From contig OX597834.1 of assembly GCA_951406725.2 (NCBI GenBank), positions 36,518,001 through 36,582,000 of the forward strand: a stretch of DNA of 64,000 nucleotides. The letters run 5' to 3'. Both the position numbers and the translations under genes were made by a program. Below, piece after piece: positions 1 through 12,953 of the stretch. This stretch comes from Octopus vulgaris (taxonomy: Eukaryota). A model generated the notes under the pieces. That model was given only the letters and a program-made list of their open reading frames with translations, did not search any database and was not told the origin of the DNA. Every line of letters begins with the position of its first letter. Positions within the stretch are counted from its first letter, which is position 1.

Positions 1-104
1 TGTGCCCAGAGTAGAAAAGAATATTGTTAACAGAAAGAATGGTTCAATTCGATTCCTTTGTTATTAGTCAATTTGGTTAACAATCCAACGAACTAATCAA
101 CTGT

Positions 105-345
105 TTATTCTTTTATTCTTTCATATGTTTCAGGCATTTGAATGTAGCCATGCTGGAGCACCACCTTTAGTCGAGAAAATCGACCCCAGGACTTATTCTT
201 TGTAAGCCTACTACTTATTCTATCAGTTTTGTTCTTTTGCTGAACCGCAAAGTTATGGGGGACGTAGACATACCAACATTGATTGTCAAGTGATAGTTGG
301 GGGACAAACACAGATACAAACACACAAACGCATACATACATACAT
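105..345 (-). mobile_element. SINE family A, 3' half
   Basis: Reverse complement of the ...cttgacaacc...gataGAATAAGTA...ggtgctccagcatggc...ctgaaac tail seen in the full copy at 21301-21743. Confidence 0.85.
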
Positions 346-362
346 ACACACACACATATATA

Positions 363-588
363 GGCGGCGAGCTGGCAGAAATGTTAGCGCGCTGGGCGAA
401 ATGCTTAGCAGTATTTCGTCAGCCGTCACGTTCTGAGTTCAAATTCCGCTGAGGTCGACTTTGCCTGTCATCCTTTTGGGGTCGATAAATAAAGTACCAG
501 TTTCGCACTGGGGTCAATGTAATTAACTTAATCCCTTTGTCTGTCTTTGTTTGTCCCCTCTATGTTTAGCCCCTTGTGGGCAGTAAAG

Positions 589-592
<4 letters not shown>
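363..592 (+). mobile_element. SINE family B, full-length tRNA-derived SINE (tail type 1)
   Basis: Head ggcggcgagctggcagaa, B-box-like gagttcaaattcc, central gaggtcgactttgcct(t)tcatcc..ggggtcgataaa..aagtaccag (resembles the shared central domain of MetaSINE-type SINEs), tail tagccccttgtgggcagtaaagaaat. More than 10 copies in the window. Confidence 0.9.
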
Positions 593-628
<36 letters not shown>

Positions 629-831
629 TCATCATCATTTAGCGTCCGTTTTCCATGCTAGCATGGGTTGGATGGTTTAACTGGGGTCTGTGAAGCCGGA
701 AGGCTTCATCAGGCATATATATTTAAGTAGGTGAATGAATTATCCTATGTTTATCGTCAGCATGGAAAATTTGTTTAACCGAAACCTGGGTAGCAAATTC
801 AAGTCAGAAACACGTTCGACTCCATTCTTTC

Positions 832-880
<49 letters not shown>

Positions 881-1659
881 AATCTAAATTTTGCTGAACT
901 TATATATATATATATATATATATGTAGTCACTACCACCACAGCAACCACCACCACCACCATGACCACAACCACTGCCACCAGCACAACCACCACCACCAC
1001 CACCACCACCACCATTAACATCAATATATCTATTTAAAGAAACGATGCCAAAGAAAGGAGTAGGAAAACAAAAATAAACCTAACAAAAAACTGAGAAACT
1101 TTTGAACTTAATGGTTAAGTCGAGGGAAAGGAATGGAAAACACACACACACATGCTGATCTGCATCTACATGTTTTAAATATACACGAATACACACAGAT
1201 ATATAAACAAAAGCACGCACGTACGTTCACCCGCCCACACAGGCCCACACGAATGCTTACACAAAAGCAAAGCACCGCACAAAATATGCTTTAATTAACT
1301 GATTAATCAACCATCATATAACGAGTTTTAAATTGAAATACAAGCCACAAGTCGAAACATGTCACACACACACACACACATACAGGTGTGCATGTGTGTA
1401 TATATATATGTGTGCGTGTGTGTGTGTGTAATTTTGTTACTTAACACCTGGCTGTTTACCTTGCTAACAAAAACAACCAACCAAACAAGAATAAAGCATA
1501 AACGATATGCAAACAACCTGACTAATTTTCTACTTTTTTATGAGAAATAAAATGGCCAAGTGGTTAGAGGCATTGGCTTATCGTCTCAGAGACAAGGGTT
1601 TCAAATTACCAGCAAGGCATTTCATTTTATCTCCCCTTTCATATGTATATCATAGGAAA

Positions 1660-2010
1660 AGCTTCTTTCTTGTCCAGTCTTGTAACGGCATCCATCAGGG
1701 AGGTATTAAGCCAGTTGCTATTGAGTTCGCTGTATCGCAGGTCAACACACGTCTGTCCATGCATGTCTGTCAGTGACCGATTCTGCAATGAGCCGAATCC
1801 ATTCCCGGTTCCAGTGATGAGTGCCAAAGACATGAGGGCCAGAAATGATCTCCACGTCTGCTCTGACTGTCATGAGCCACGTCTTCAGCTGACCACCTCT
1901 CAGTGGAAATGCTTTCAACAGCTCAGTAAATCCTTCTCCCATCAGGGGATGGGGACAGGGTTTTAACACCAGTGCCTGGTGTTAAAATGATTGCCATGTT
2001 AGCCATAGCA
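1660..2010 (-). mobile_element. Degenerate RTE-clade LINE, ORF C-terminus
   Basis: Translation RGGQLKTWLMTVRADVEIISGPHVFGTHHWNREWIRLIAESVTDRHAW matches the RGGQxKTW...DRxxW C-terminal pattern of RTE reverse transcriptases. Frameshifted. Confidence 0.7.
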
Positions 2011-2207
2011 CCCAGAAATGTGTCAAGTAGTCAGTGTTCTTCTCATGGAACAATATCACAAGACAGTGAGGGGAATCAGTCACTGAACATGTATGAAATA
2101 ACAGCCAAATCTTCCTCGTATCACATCCTATTGTATCACTTTAACAACCTTGAATGAATCTGAATTCTGAAATAAGAAAAACTTACACCTAACATGGTGT
2201 GAAGCCA

Positions 2208-2530
2208 CATGGCTCAGTGGTTAGAGCATTGGGCTTACAATCATGAGGTCCTGAGTTCAATTCCCAGACCAGGCTGTGTGTTGCGTTCTTGAGCAAGACA
2301 CTTTATTACCCATTGCTCCAGTTCACTAAGCTGTAGAAATGAGTAGTGATGGCCAAGGTGTTTCGACCCCTTTGTCATTCCCTTGGACAACATCAATGGT
2401 GTGGAGAGGGGAGGCTGGTATGCATGGGCGACTGCTGGTCTTCCACCAAACAAACTTGTCTGGACTTGTGCCACGGAGGGGAACCTTCTAGGTGCAATCC
2501 CATGGTTATTCATGACTGAAGGTGGGGGGT
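2208..2530 (+). mobile_element. SINE family C (tRNA-derived)
   Basis: A box tggctcagtggttagagc, B box gagttcaattccc, then ttgagcaagacactt. Related copies at 25290-25615 (-), 2712-2770 and 2835-2890. Confidence 0.8.
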
Positions 2531-2574
2531 TCTTTACACTTTTACACCTGACACATACGAACAATTGAACTTAC

Positions 2575-2626
2575 CTGCTTTTCAATCTTGCTCTTTTGCA
2601 TGTTTGCAGGATAATCATCAGGTATG
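2575..2626 (-). CDS. Candidate internal exon 3 (52 nt, phase 2-0): (S)IPDDYPANMQKSKIEKQ
   Basis: Minus strand reads tatttgttgtttttgtag|CATACCTGATGATTATCCTGCAAACATGCAAAAGAGCAAGATTGAAAAGCAG|gtaagt. Consensus sites, open in the frame continuing from exon 2. Confidence 0.75.
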
Positions 2627-2892
2627 CTACAAAAACAACAAATATAGAAATAAATATATGCTGCAACAATAACAAAACACATTCATATATACATAACTTT
2701 ATACACACATATGGTCTAGTGGTTGGGGTGCTGCGCTCACAATTGCAAGATTGTGGGTTCAGTTCCCAGACCAAGCCCTATGTGTGAGATATATCATCAT
2801 CATTGTTTAATGTCTGCTTGCCATGCTAGCAATTGAAACCACGATCCTATGACCGCGAGTCCGCTGCCCTAACCACCGGGCCATTGCGCCTC

Positions 2893-3275
2893 TTGCTAAC
2901 CAACCACATGGTTCCAGGTTCAGTCCCACTGCGTGGCATCTTGGGCAAGTGTCTTCTGCTATAGCCCCGGGTCGACCAATGCCTTGTGAGTGGATTCGGT
3001 AGACGGAAACTGAAAGAAGCCTGTCGTATATATGTATATATATATAAGTGTGTGTGTATATGTTTGTGTGTCTGTGTTTGTCCCCCTAGCATTGCTTGAC
3101 AACCGATGCTGGTGTGTTTACATCCCCGTCACTTAGTGGTTCGGCAAAAGAGACCGATAGAATAAGTACTGGGCTTACAAAGAATAAGTCCCGGGGTCGA
3201 TTTGCTTGACTAAAGGCGGTGCTCCAGCATAGCCACAGTCAAATGACTGAAACAAGTAAAAGAGTAAAGAGTAAG
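2893..3275 (+). mobile_element. SINE family A, 5'-truncated
   Basis: ggttcagtcccactgcgtggcatcttgggcaagtgtcttc...internal (TA)/(TG) tract...gactgaaacaagtaaaaga. Confidence 0.9.
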
Positions 3276-3289
3276 AGTATATATATATA

Positions 3290-3455
3290 CTCTCGGAGTG
3301 GTTGGCATTAGGAAGGGCATCCAGCTGTAGAAACACTGCCAGATCTGACTGGCCTGGTGCAGCCTTCGGGCTTGCCAGACTCCAGTTGAACCGTCCAACC
3401 CATGCTAGCATGGAAAGCGGACGTTAAACGATGATGATGATGATGATGATGATGA
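3290..3455 (+). mobile_element. RTE LINE 3' UTR fragment with (GAT)n tail
   Basis: ggagtggttggcattaggaagggcatccagc...gcatggaaagcggacgttaaacgatgatgat. About 15 copies in the window; linked to RTE coding sequence at 52170-52420. Confidence 0.8.
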
Positions 3456-4029
3456 TATATATATATGCATGTGTATATATGTTTCTCTTCTATTTTTAAT
3501 CATTTAAATTCTTTCTTTGAAGAAGGAGCTGGCTTTTAGCAAAAATACAAAACTCCATCGTCGGAAGGTAGATAACGAAAACAAAGTCACATTTTAGACT
3601 TGAGAAAAGTCTTGCAGAGTTTTACTGTTCCACTTACAGATTCTATTTGTAATGTGTGAATCAGGGGCCTGATTTCTTTTTCTGAAAATCCAAGCTCATC
3701 CAGACAGTTAGGTGTTTACCCACAAATTCAAGTGATCCAATTATCATTGGTTAAAAATGTGAATTTGTAATCCTGAAGCAGGAGATTTCAAAGAAGTTTT
3801 CCATGTATGTATGTGTGTGCGTGTGTAGTCATGTAATGTAAAAAAATGGGGTGTATTGAACTGTGAAATTTAAATAATATCAATTATGCAATTATACCCT
3901 TATGGATCACAAGAAGTCATTACCCAATTGACTAATCATGGTTCAGAAATGGTGACACTCTAGAATTTAAATTAATTGAACATAGAATACAGTGTGGTGT
4001 GAGTCTGATCTTTGGTAGTATGGTGACAC

Positions 4030-4070
4030 CTACAGACATGCTTCAGTCTTATGAGACCTCATCAGTGAAG
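4030..4070 (-). ncRNA. Degenerate minimal type I hammerhead ribozyme motif (Penelope-like)
   Basis: CTTCA CTGATGA GGTCT cata AGACT GAAG CATGTC TGTAG. Core CUGAUGA intact, 5-bp stem II, GAAA mutated to GAAG, near-palindromic stem III, GUC triplet, stem I with one mismatch. Confidence 0.6.
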
Positions 4071-4119
4071 TCTGGATAACTGTTATTGTAAAAATCTGAG
4101 AGCAACTCCAGAGATATAG

Positions 4120-4495
4120 GAGTTTGTAAGGAATATGTTCTGAACGACAACTGAAAATAACAAATGAATGTAAATAAGTAAAATGAATGGGGGAAAAGTT
4201 CCTAAGGACTTATGCTGCATAGAAAATTAATAGTGAAGAGTGTGCTAAGGAGGTGAAACTATTATGGAATTTTATCATACGGACAGACCACAAAATAGAA
4301 CAGAAGGAACCTGACATCATTTTCATTGACAAAAATCATAATGGTGCAATTAATTATCAACATAATTAATACCAAAATAAGTTGGAGAGCTACAAAAGTA
4401 TGCCATTCCAACATTTGATTAAAAAAAAAGAAAACAAAATATTATGGCAATTAAGGAATGTGTGAATGCATCAATCATCCCAATTGTAACTGACA
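4120..4495 (+). mobile_element. Relic of an R4/Dong-type (restriction-like endonuclease) non-LTR retrotransposon
   Basis: From 4256: KLLWNFIIRTDHKIEQKEPDIIFIDK, matching the KxLWDFxIxTDxxIxxxRPDIVxxDK RLE motif. Later an IIPIV-like remnant. Multiple stops. Confidence 0.75.
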
Positions 4496-4607
4496 TTTCT
4501 GTAAATGTATCAGAATGAAGGATGGTTAACCCACATAAATTCCCTGTTCTTCTGCACCCATTCACTTCTATTGGCCTTCTTTTACCTTGATGGTCCACCC
4601 TGACATC

Positions 4608-5220
4608 TCTTTTACTTGTTTCAGTCATTTGACTGTGGCCATGCTGGAGTACTGCCTTTAGTCGAGCAAATCGACCCTAGGACTTATTCTTTGTAAGCCT
4701 AGCACTTATTCTATCAGTCTCTTTTGCCAACCGCTAAGTTATGGGTATGTAAACACACCAGCATCAGTTGTCAAGTGATGTTGGGGGGACAAACACATAC
4801 ACACACACACACACACATATATATATAAATATATATATATATACATACGCATATATATATATATATACATACATACACGACAAGCTTCTTTCAGTTTCCA
4901 TTACCAAATCCATTCACAAGGCTTTGGTCGACCCGAGGCTATAATAGAAGACACTTGCCCAATTTATTGCATCTACATTCCATATAAACATACCATAAAC
5001 GATTGTCAAGCGAGGTGGGGTGACAAACACAGACACACAAACATACACACACACATATATATATATATATCTATGTATATACGACGGGCTTCTTTCAGTT
5101 TCCATCTACCAAATACAATCACAAGGCTTTGGTCGACCCGAGGCTATGGTAGAAGACACTTTCTCAAGGTTCCACACAGTGGAACTGAACCCGGAACCAT
5201 GTGGTTGGTAAGCAAGCTTC
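4608..5220 (-). mobile_element. Two adjacent partial SINE family A copies
   Basis: Reverse complement of the family A body at 4608-4960 and 4998-5220. Confidence 0.85.
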
Positions 5221-5479
5221 CTGAAATTCACCAACAGAACACCTGATGCTACCCCTTCCCCCTTTTCTTAACAACTCATTCACTGCCCATTTCCTCTGCA
5301 TATTCTAAGAGCTGTTCACGCAGTTTTGGTTGCTGTTTCGCATAATTTGTAGTGCACATGAGCACTGTATACAATGAGCTCCTTATCATCATCATCATCA
5401 TCATCATTATTATTAGGAGTCAATGTAATCGACTATGCCCCTCCCCCAAATTTCAGGCCTTGTGCCTATAGTAGAAAGC

Positions 5480-5494
5480 ATTATTATTATTATA

Positions 5495-5538
<44 letters not shown>

Positions 5539-5663
5539 CATCATCATCATTATTATTATTATCATTATTATTATTATTATTTTTATTATTATTATTATCA
5601 TTATTATTATTATTATTATCATCATTATCATTGTAATTATTATTATATCATTATATCCATGCA

Positions 5664-5697
<34 letters not shown>

Positions 5698-5829
5698 CAC
5701 ACACACACACATATATATACACACACATATATATATACACACACACATACATACAATGATGCATAAACTCACACCCACATACCTAAACACACAGATGCAC
5801 AATAAGTAATCTAAATGAGACAAAGACAC

Positions 5830-5923
<94 letters not shown>

Positions 5924-6025
5924 GTGAGAGAATAGAAAGGCAGGTAAGTAGAGAGATGATTGTTCAGACAACTGATGGACAGACAGAGAGAGAAGTACAG
6001 AAAGTTACATGCATGCATGTATGTA

Positions 6026-6104
<79 letters not shown>

Positions 6105-6270
6105 ATGTATGTATGTATGTATGTATGTATGTATGTATGTATGTATGTATGTATGTATGTATGCATGTATGTATGAACGTGTGTGTGTGTATCGTTTTTG
6201 TAGCGAGTGTAATTAATTAGGAAATAAAAATGCAGAACAAAGTGGAAAGATTCAATAATCTAATTAACAA

Positions 6271-6333
<63 letters not shown>

Positions 6334-6430
6334 AATAATAACAACAACAATGATAATGACATGAGCAAGAATAATGATGACGATGATAATGATTAAAAAT
6401 AATAATAGTAAAAATAATAATAATAATGAT
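5480..6430. repeat. Compound microsatellites (ATT)n, (TA/CA)n, (AG)n, (TG)n, (TATG)n, (AAT)n
   Basis: Directly visible. Source of the poly-I/Y/RE ORFs in the track. Confidence 0.97.
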
Positions 6431-6985
6431 ACCAACCACAGCAACAACAATAATTGACTAAGTAATAGAAATTATATATGTACAACAAAATGCAAAAAAA
6501 AAAAAATCCATTTAAAAATGGACATATTTGTTTATTTTTTTTTGTGTTTCACTTCTTTTCTTATTGTAAAAGAGATGAAAGATTTGTTTCACTGCTCTCC
6601 CCCCTCTTCTCCTCTCCTCCCCTTTCATTTCATTGCTCACCTCAATCTCTCACCCACCCCCCACTCCGCTCCTCCCTCATGAAGAATTTCTCTTTTAATG
6701 TAGCAAAAAACCAACACCGAAATTATACAGTTGCACAGATTTAAATATTCCATTACAAAACCAATTCTCATTCAATCACATCACTCTGTGGAACTTTCCA
6801 TGTGTGTGTGTGTGTGCGTGTGTGTGCATGTGTGTGTGCATGTGTGTATTATATGCATATTAGATACTATACATATTTCATAAATGTATTATACATATAT
6901 ATATGTGTGTGTATATATATATATATATATATAAGAGAAAGTCTATATTACATTTTGTTAAACATTGCTTTTTATGCATTTGATC

Positions 6986-7039
<54 letters not shown>

Positions 7040-7086
7040 TGCATATATATTCTTTTACTTGTTTCAGTCATTTGACTGTGGCCATG

Positions 7087-7119
<33 letters not shown>

Positions 7120-7126
7120 GCATACA

Positions 7127-7158
<32 letters not shown>

Positions 7159-7264
7159 CATATATATACATACACATATAAGCATTTATAAATTAGTTCC
7201 TAATAAGCATCATAAATAGAATATATATATATACACATATATATAGGAACACATACACACCCAC

Positions 7265-7307
<43 letters not shown>

Positions 7308-7773
7308 CACACATACATGCACATAAATGCAAGCATGCATTTAAATTTGCCATATATTCATATACACACACATATACACATACAAGTATGTGCTGGCATA
7401 TCTGTCTACTGGATGGTGCTACCACACAGCTGGAAAATGCAATAAAGTGTAGGAATTGTACTCAATACTGTGAACTTGAGTGGAATATTATTAACTTAAT
7501 TACCTTAGCTTTGGGCAAATATAACTCATCTACCCATGCATGTATCTGTCTGTCTGTCTGTCTTTCTGTTTACTCATATATCCTGCTGCCTATTTACCCA
7601 TCCATCCACCCATCCATCTTCCACCTTTATTACACCTGCCCTCCACCTGTTTCCCTTTATTACTGTGGTGAGCCCCAAAATCCAATCTTGTTCTCAGGTG
7701 TTTTGAACGGAACAAACCAAACGAATGCAGAAATAAATAAATAAAAAAATAAATAAATAAAATAAAGGTGAGA

Positions 7774-7837
<64 letters not shown>

Positions 7838-8050
7838 AGGAGACATTTTATGTGTCTTTTTCTTTTTTGTTGTTGTCGGGTGGTGGTGCGAATGGGATGC
7901 ATCACAAAGCATCGTGAAATGCAACGAACTGGTTCTTAACTCTTCATCATTGCACATCGGCTTTATAAGATGATGAGATGAAAAAAATAAAATGTGTGCG
8001 CTTGTGTGTGTGTATATATATATATACATACATATATATGTGTGTGTGTG

Positions 8051-8082
<32 letters not shown>

Positions 8083-8191
8083 CACACACATACATATATA
8101 TGTATACATATATATACACACACATACACACACGTGTATATGTATATATATATACACATACATATATATGTATACATATATATATATATGC

Positions 8192-8251
<60 letters not shown>

Positions 8252-8961
8252 GCTATGTATCTATCTTTGTCTGTCTCTTTCTCTCTCTGTATAAATATAT
8301 ATATATATATATGTATGTATATATATATATATGTATATATATATACACACACATACATATATACACACATATATATATATGCATATATATATACACACAC
8401 ACATATGTAAAAACGCATATATATACACATATATGTGTGTGTGTGTATCTCGACAGAGAGAGAGAGAGAGGGAAGATTGAGGGTGTGATTAAATTCTGAC
8501 ATAGTGGCAGAGGTGAAGATGTCAGTTGGTGGTGGTGATGGTGTGTGTGTGTGAGATCTGATTATTACAGAGTTCAACTAAGTTTGATCCAATTTGCTAA
8601 GGTTTCTGTACAAAATTAACCAGGTTATAGGTTAGCAATGGTTTATCGTTGAAAGTGGGGTGGGGAGGGCACTTGGGTGGGGGGACATCAGTCTTTCACC
8701 CCCACCCATCTTGAAATTCAGGCCTTCCTTAATCTGCTACCATGACACCACAAATACCACCACCACCACAGACACCACCACTAAAACCACCACCACCACC
8801 ACCATCACCACCACCACCACCACCACCACCACCACCACCACCACCATCACTGCAACCACCACCACTACCACCAACACCACAATCACTGTAACCACTACCA
8901 TCACCATAAGTACCATCACAGTACCACCATGACCATTAACAAAACCCCTAACTCATACTAC

Positions 8962-9002
<41 letters not shown>

Positions 9003-9210
9003 CAACAACCACCACCACCATAACCAGTACTACCAACTACCAAAACGCTCACTACCACAACCTATACCACTTCACCATCATCATCGCAACCACCACCAGC
9101 ACCTCCACCACTACAACTAGCATAACAACCACTATTGCCACCACCACTACCACTACCACTATGCAAAAAAAAGGAGAGTTTGGTTGGTTCCACCAGTGAG
9201 GAATTGCAAT

Positions 9211-9252
<42 letters not shown>

Positions 9253-9423
9253 GTTGATTCTGGTTGATTCACGTGTAGAAATGGTTGAGTCATATTTCTG
9301 TCAGTGACATAACACTAAGTAATAATAGATGCATGTATGTATGTGCATACATACACACACATATATATATAAAAACATACATATATATACATATACATAT
9401 ATTTAAGTAAGTAAGTATGTATG

Positions 9424-9483
<60 letters not shown>

Positions 9484-9529
9484 TATACATATATTTAAGT
9501 AAGTATGTATGTATGTATATATATGTATA

Positions 9530-9810
9530 TCATCATCATCATCATCGTTTAACGTGCGTTTTCCGCGCTAGCACGGGTTGGACGGTTCGACCGGGGTCTG
9601 GGAAGCCAGGGGCTGCACCAGGCTCCAGTCTGATCTGGCAGTGTTTCTACAGCTGGATGCCCTTCCTAACGCCAAACACTCCGCGAGTGTAGTGGGTGCT
9701 TTTTACGTGCCACCTGCACAGGTGCCAGGGGGGTCTGGCATCGACCACGATCGGTTGGTGCTTTTAACGTGCCACCGGCACGGAAGCCAGCCATGGCAGC
9801 GCTGGCATCG
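9530..9810 (-). mobile_element. RTE LINE 3' UTR copy with two internal hairpin repeats
   Basis: Reverse complement of the gtgc..gtggcacgtaaaaagcacc repeats, the ggaagggcatcc block and the (GAT)n tail. Confidence 0.8.
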
Positions 9811-9817
9811 ATATATG

Positions 9818-9868
<51 letters not shown>

Positions 9869-10116
9869 GTGTATATATATATATATATATAATGCTGGAA
9901 ATGAGGAGTCGATAGATACCCAACAACTGATGAAGGGTCGTTCTTTATGTTACTTGTCCTGCTTCCCATTTGTTTCTCTTATTGTTTGCATTTTGAACTC
10001 ATTTGTTTTTGTATTTCATGTTGTCTACTGTTGGTGACATCCTGTACCCATATATGCATATGTACGTATATATACATAGATATAATCTATGCATATATAT
10101 ACATAGATATAATCTA

Positions 10117-10181
<65 letters not shown>

Positions 10182-10245
10182 TATGTATATATATATACAT
10201 ACACATATACATACATTCACACACACACACACACATATATATATG

Positions 10246-10299
<54 letters not shown>

Positions 10300-10647
10300 C
10301 ACACATACATATATACACACACACACATACACATATACATACATACACACACACATATATATACAGTTTATAGATTCAATATAAATAGAATCAAGAAAAA
10401 GCAGTATTCCATCCAGCGAGAGATAAACATCAATTTAAATACACAACTGAAAGAGCTACTGATAGTTCCATGCTTTTATGATACTTTAAATTGGCACATT
10501 TATAAAATATGGCATGTATCTTCTAGTAATCTTTTAGGCTCTGTTTATGTGTTAGATATAGTTTAAAAAACTAGGATGCTGTGAAGAAGTTTGATGCAAA
10601 AAATGGAATGAGAATAAAAAAATCGAAAGCAAGAAAATTTGTTTTCA

Positions 10648-10702
<55 letters not shown>

Positions 10703-10819
10703 ACACATAAACAGAGCATAAAAGATTGCCTGGAGATATGTGGTGTATTTTATAAATGTGCCTATTTAAAGTATCATAAAAGCATGAAACTGTCAGTAGC
10801 TCTTTTGGTTGTGTATTAA

Positions 10820-10859
<40 letters not shown>

Positions 10860-10979
10860 AGAGATTTTTTTCTCAAAGGGTTAAGATTAAGAAAAGGACC
10901 TAACTCTTTGAGAAAAAAATCCTCTCTCCAAATTTTATAACTGTGTCAAGGAATTTCCCAAACACTCTAAATATATATA

Positions 10980-11018
<39 letters not shown>

Positions 11019-11049
11019 ATATATATATGTATATATATATATATGTGTA

Positions 11050-11296
11050 TGCCCCGTGCCGGTGACACATAAAAGCACCATCAGTTCGTGGCCGTTTACC
11101 AGCTCTGTCTAGCACCTGTGCAGGTGGCACGTAAAAAGCACCCACTACACTCACGGAGTGGTTGGCATTAGGAAGGGCATCCAGCTGTAGAAACACTGCC
11201 AGATCTGACTGGGCCTGATGAAGCCTTCCAGCTTCACAGACCCCAGTTGAACCGTCCAACCCATGCTAGCATGGAGAACGGACGCTAAATGATGAT
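11050..11296 (+). mobile_element. RTE LINE 3' UTR copy
   Basis: Same family as 3290-3455, with two internal repeat units. Confidence 0.8.
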
Positions 11297-11348
11297 ATAT
11301 GTATGTATATATATATATGTATATATATATATATGTGTGTGTATATAG

Positions 11349-11382
<34 letters not shown>

Positions 11383-11964
11383 ATATGTATAATTATTGTA
11401 ATTATTGTAGTTTGTTTTCATCATTGTCCTGTACATTTGTTGGTTATTGCTAGTGGGTTTTTTGCTCTGGCGCCTCTAATAAAGCAGTAGTTTCAACAAT
11501 AATGGCATGAAACTATTTTGACCTCTTGGATGTTGACTAATGAGGAACTGGCTATGAATTTTCAGTGTGTTTGGTTTTGTCAAATTTTCTTGTTGTTATT
11601 TTTTTTTTAAAATCGTTTATATATATATATATATATATATCTATATATATATATCTGTAAATTTAAAAAAGAAGATAGAATAAAAAGGTTTTAATAACAA
11701 AACGCAACAATTGTTTCTGTGCAATGGTAGCAGTTGTTAATTGCTGAGTTTTCTATATTATACTATAGCATAAATTATAATATGGATAATTACATAAATA
11801 AATATGATCCAGCAATAGCTATGTACCGGAACTTCATCAGGGGAGTGGCATTGGTAGCACTGATATCAAATATGTATATGTGTATACATATAGAAACAGC
11901 TGTAGGAGACTATTTATCATAACAACTCTGCACTATGTTTATATTCTCTATATAGATTATATGT

Positions 11965-12830
11965 TTCACCCATCCATCCACCTGCCCTTGCATCCACCCA
12001 GCTACTTACTATAGCCATCCATCACTCATCCATTATACATCCATCTATATCCATCCATATATCCACTTACTTACCCAATCATACACCCTGTCATCTATCT
12101 ATCCCATTACCCATCAATCCATCCATCTTTCTACTTATCCATTCATCTTTCCATCCACCCTCCCACCCATCATCTATCCATCCTCCCATCCATCCACCCA
12201 CACACCTATCTATCTTACCCACCCTTCCATCCATCTACCCATCTGCCTTCCCATCCATCCATCCACCCACCCATCCACCCATCCATCCTCATACCAACAC
12301 ACCTATCTACCTACCCACCCATCTATCCATTCTCCCACACACCTATTTATCTACCCACCCATCTATCCATCCATACTCACACCTATCTATCTACCCACCA
12401 TCTATCCTCCCATCAATCCTCCCATCCCCCATCGATCCACCAACACACCCATCTATCTACCCTTCACCTATCTATCCAACCTTCCAGCTATCTATCCATC
12501 CACGGTTCCATCCATTCATCCACCCATCTATCCATCCTCCCATCCATCCAGCCACACACCTATCTATCGACCCACCCATCTGCCCACCCTTCCATCTATC
12601 TATCTGTCCATCCTCCCATCCATCCAGCTACACACCTATCCACCTACCCACCCATCCATCTTCCCCTCCATCCACCCACCCATCTATCCGCCCTCACATC
12701 CATCCACCCAGCTATTTACTTAGGTCACTCCCCATTGGGTTATACATGCAAGTCATCCATCCAAACATGCACTTAACCACCATCCAGTCACCCATCCACC
12801 CTGTCACCAACCACCCACCCCTATTGTCTC
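11965..12830. repeat. Degenerate (CCAT/CTAT/CCAC)n tetranucleotide satellite, about 860 bp
   Basis: Nearly G-free + strand built of ccat/ctat/ccac units. Confidence 0.9.
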
Positions 12831-12915
12831 ACTAACCTCTTAGTCTCTCTGCTGTCATCACAATAAACTACACATTACCTTAAAATAACAATTTACAAAG
12901 ACAGGTTGGAACATG

Positions 12916-12953
<38 letters not shown>

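Noticed and set aside
1961-1987. 12-bp perfect hairpin TTTTAACACCAG-tgc-CTGGTGTTAAAA
   Set aside because: It lies within a decayed LINE and is probably a local inversion-repair scar; it is not a terminator in a eukaryote.
3175-3411. Recurrent ORFs such as MDGSTGVWE...[14 protein letters not shown] and [12 protein letters not shown]
   Set aside because: They are antisense or off-frame readings of the RTE 3' UTR and SINE A, not a protein family.
9925-9965. CTGATGAAG as a hammerhead core (also 11835 minus, 47684, 53226)
   Set aside because: No properly placed stem II, GAAA, NUH and stem I.
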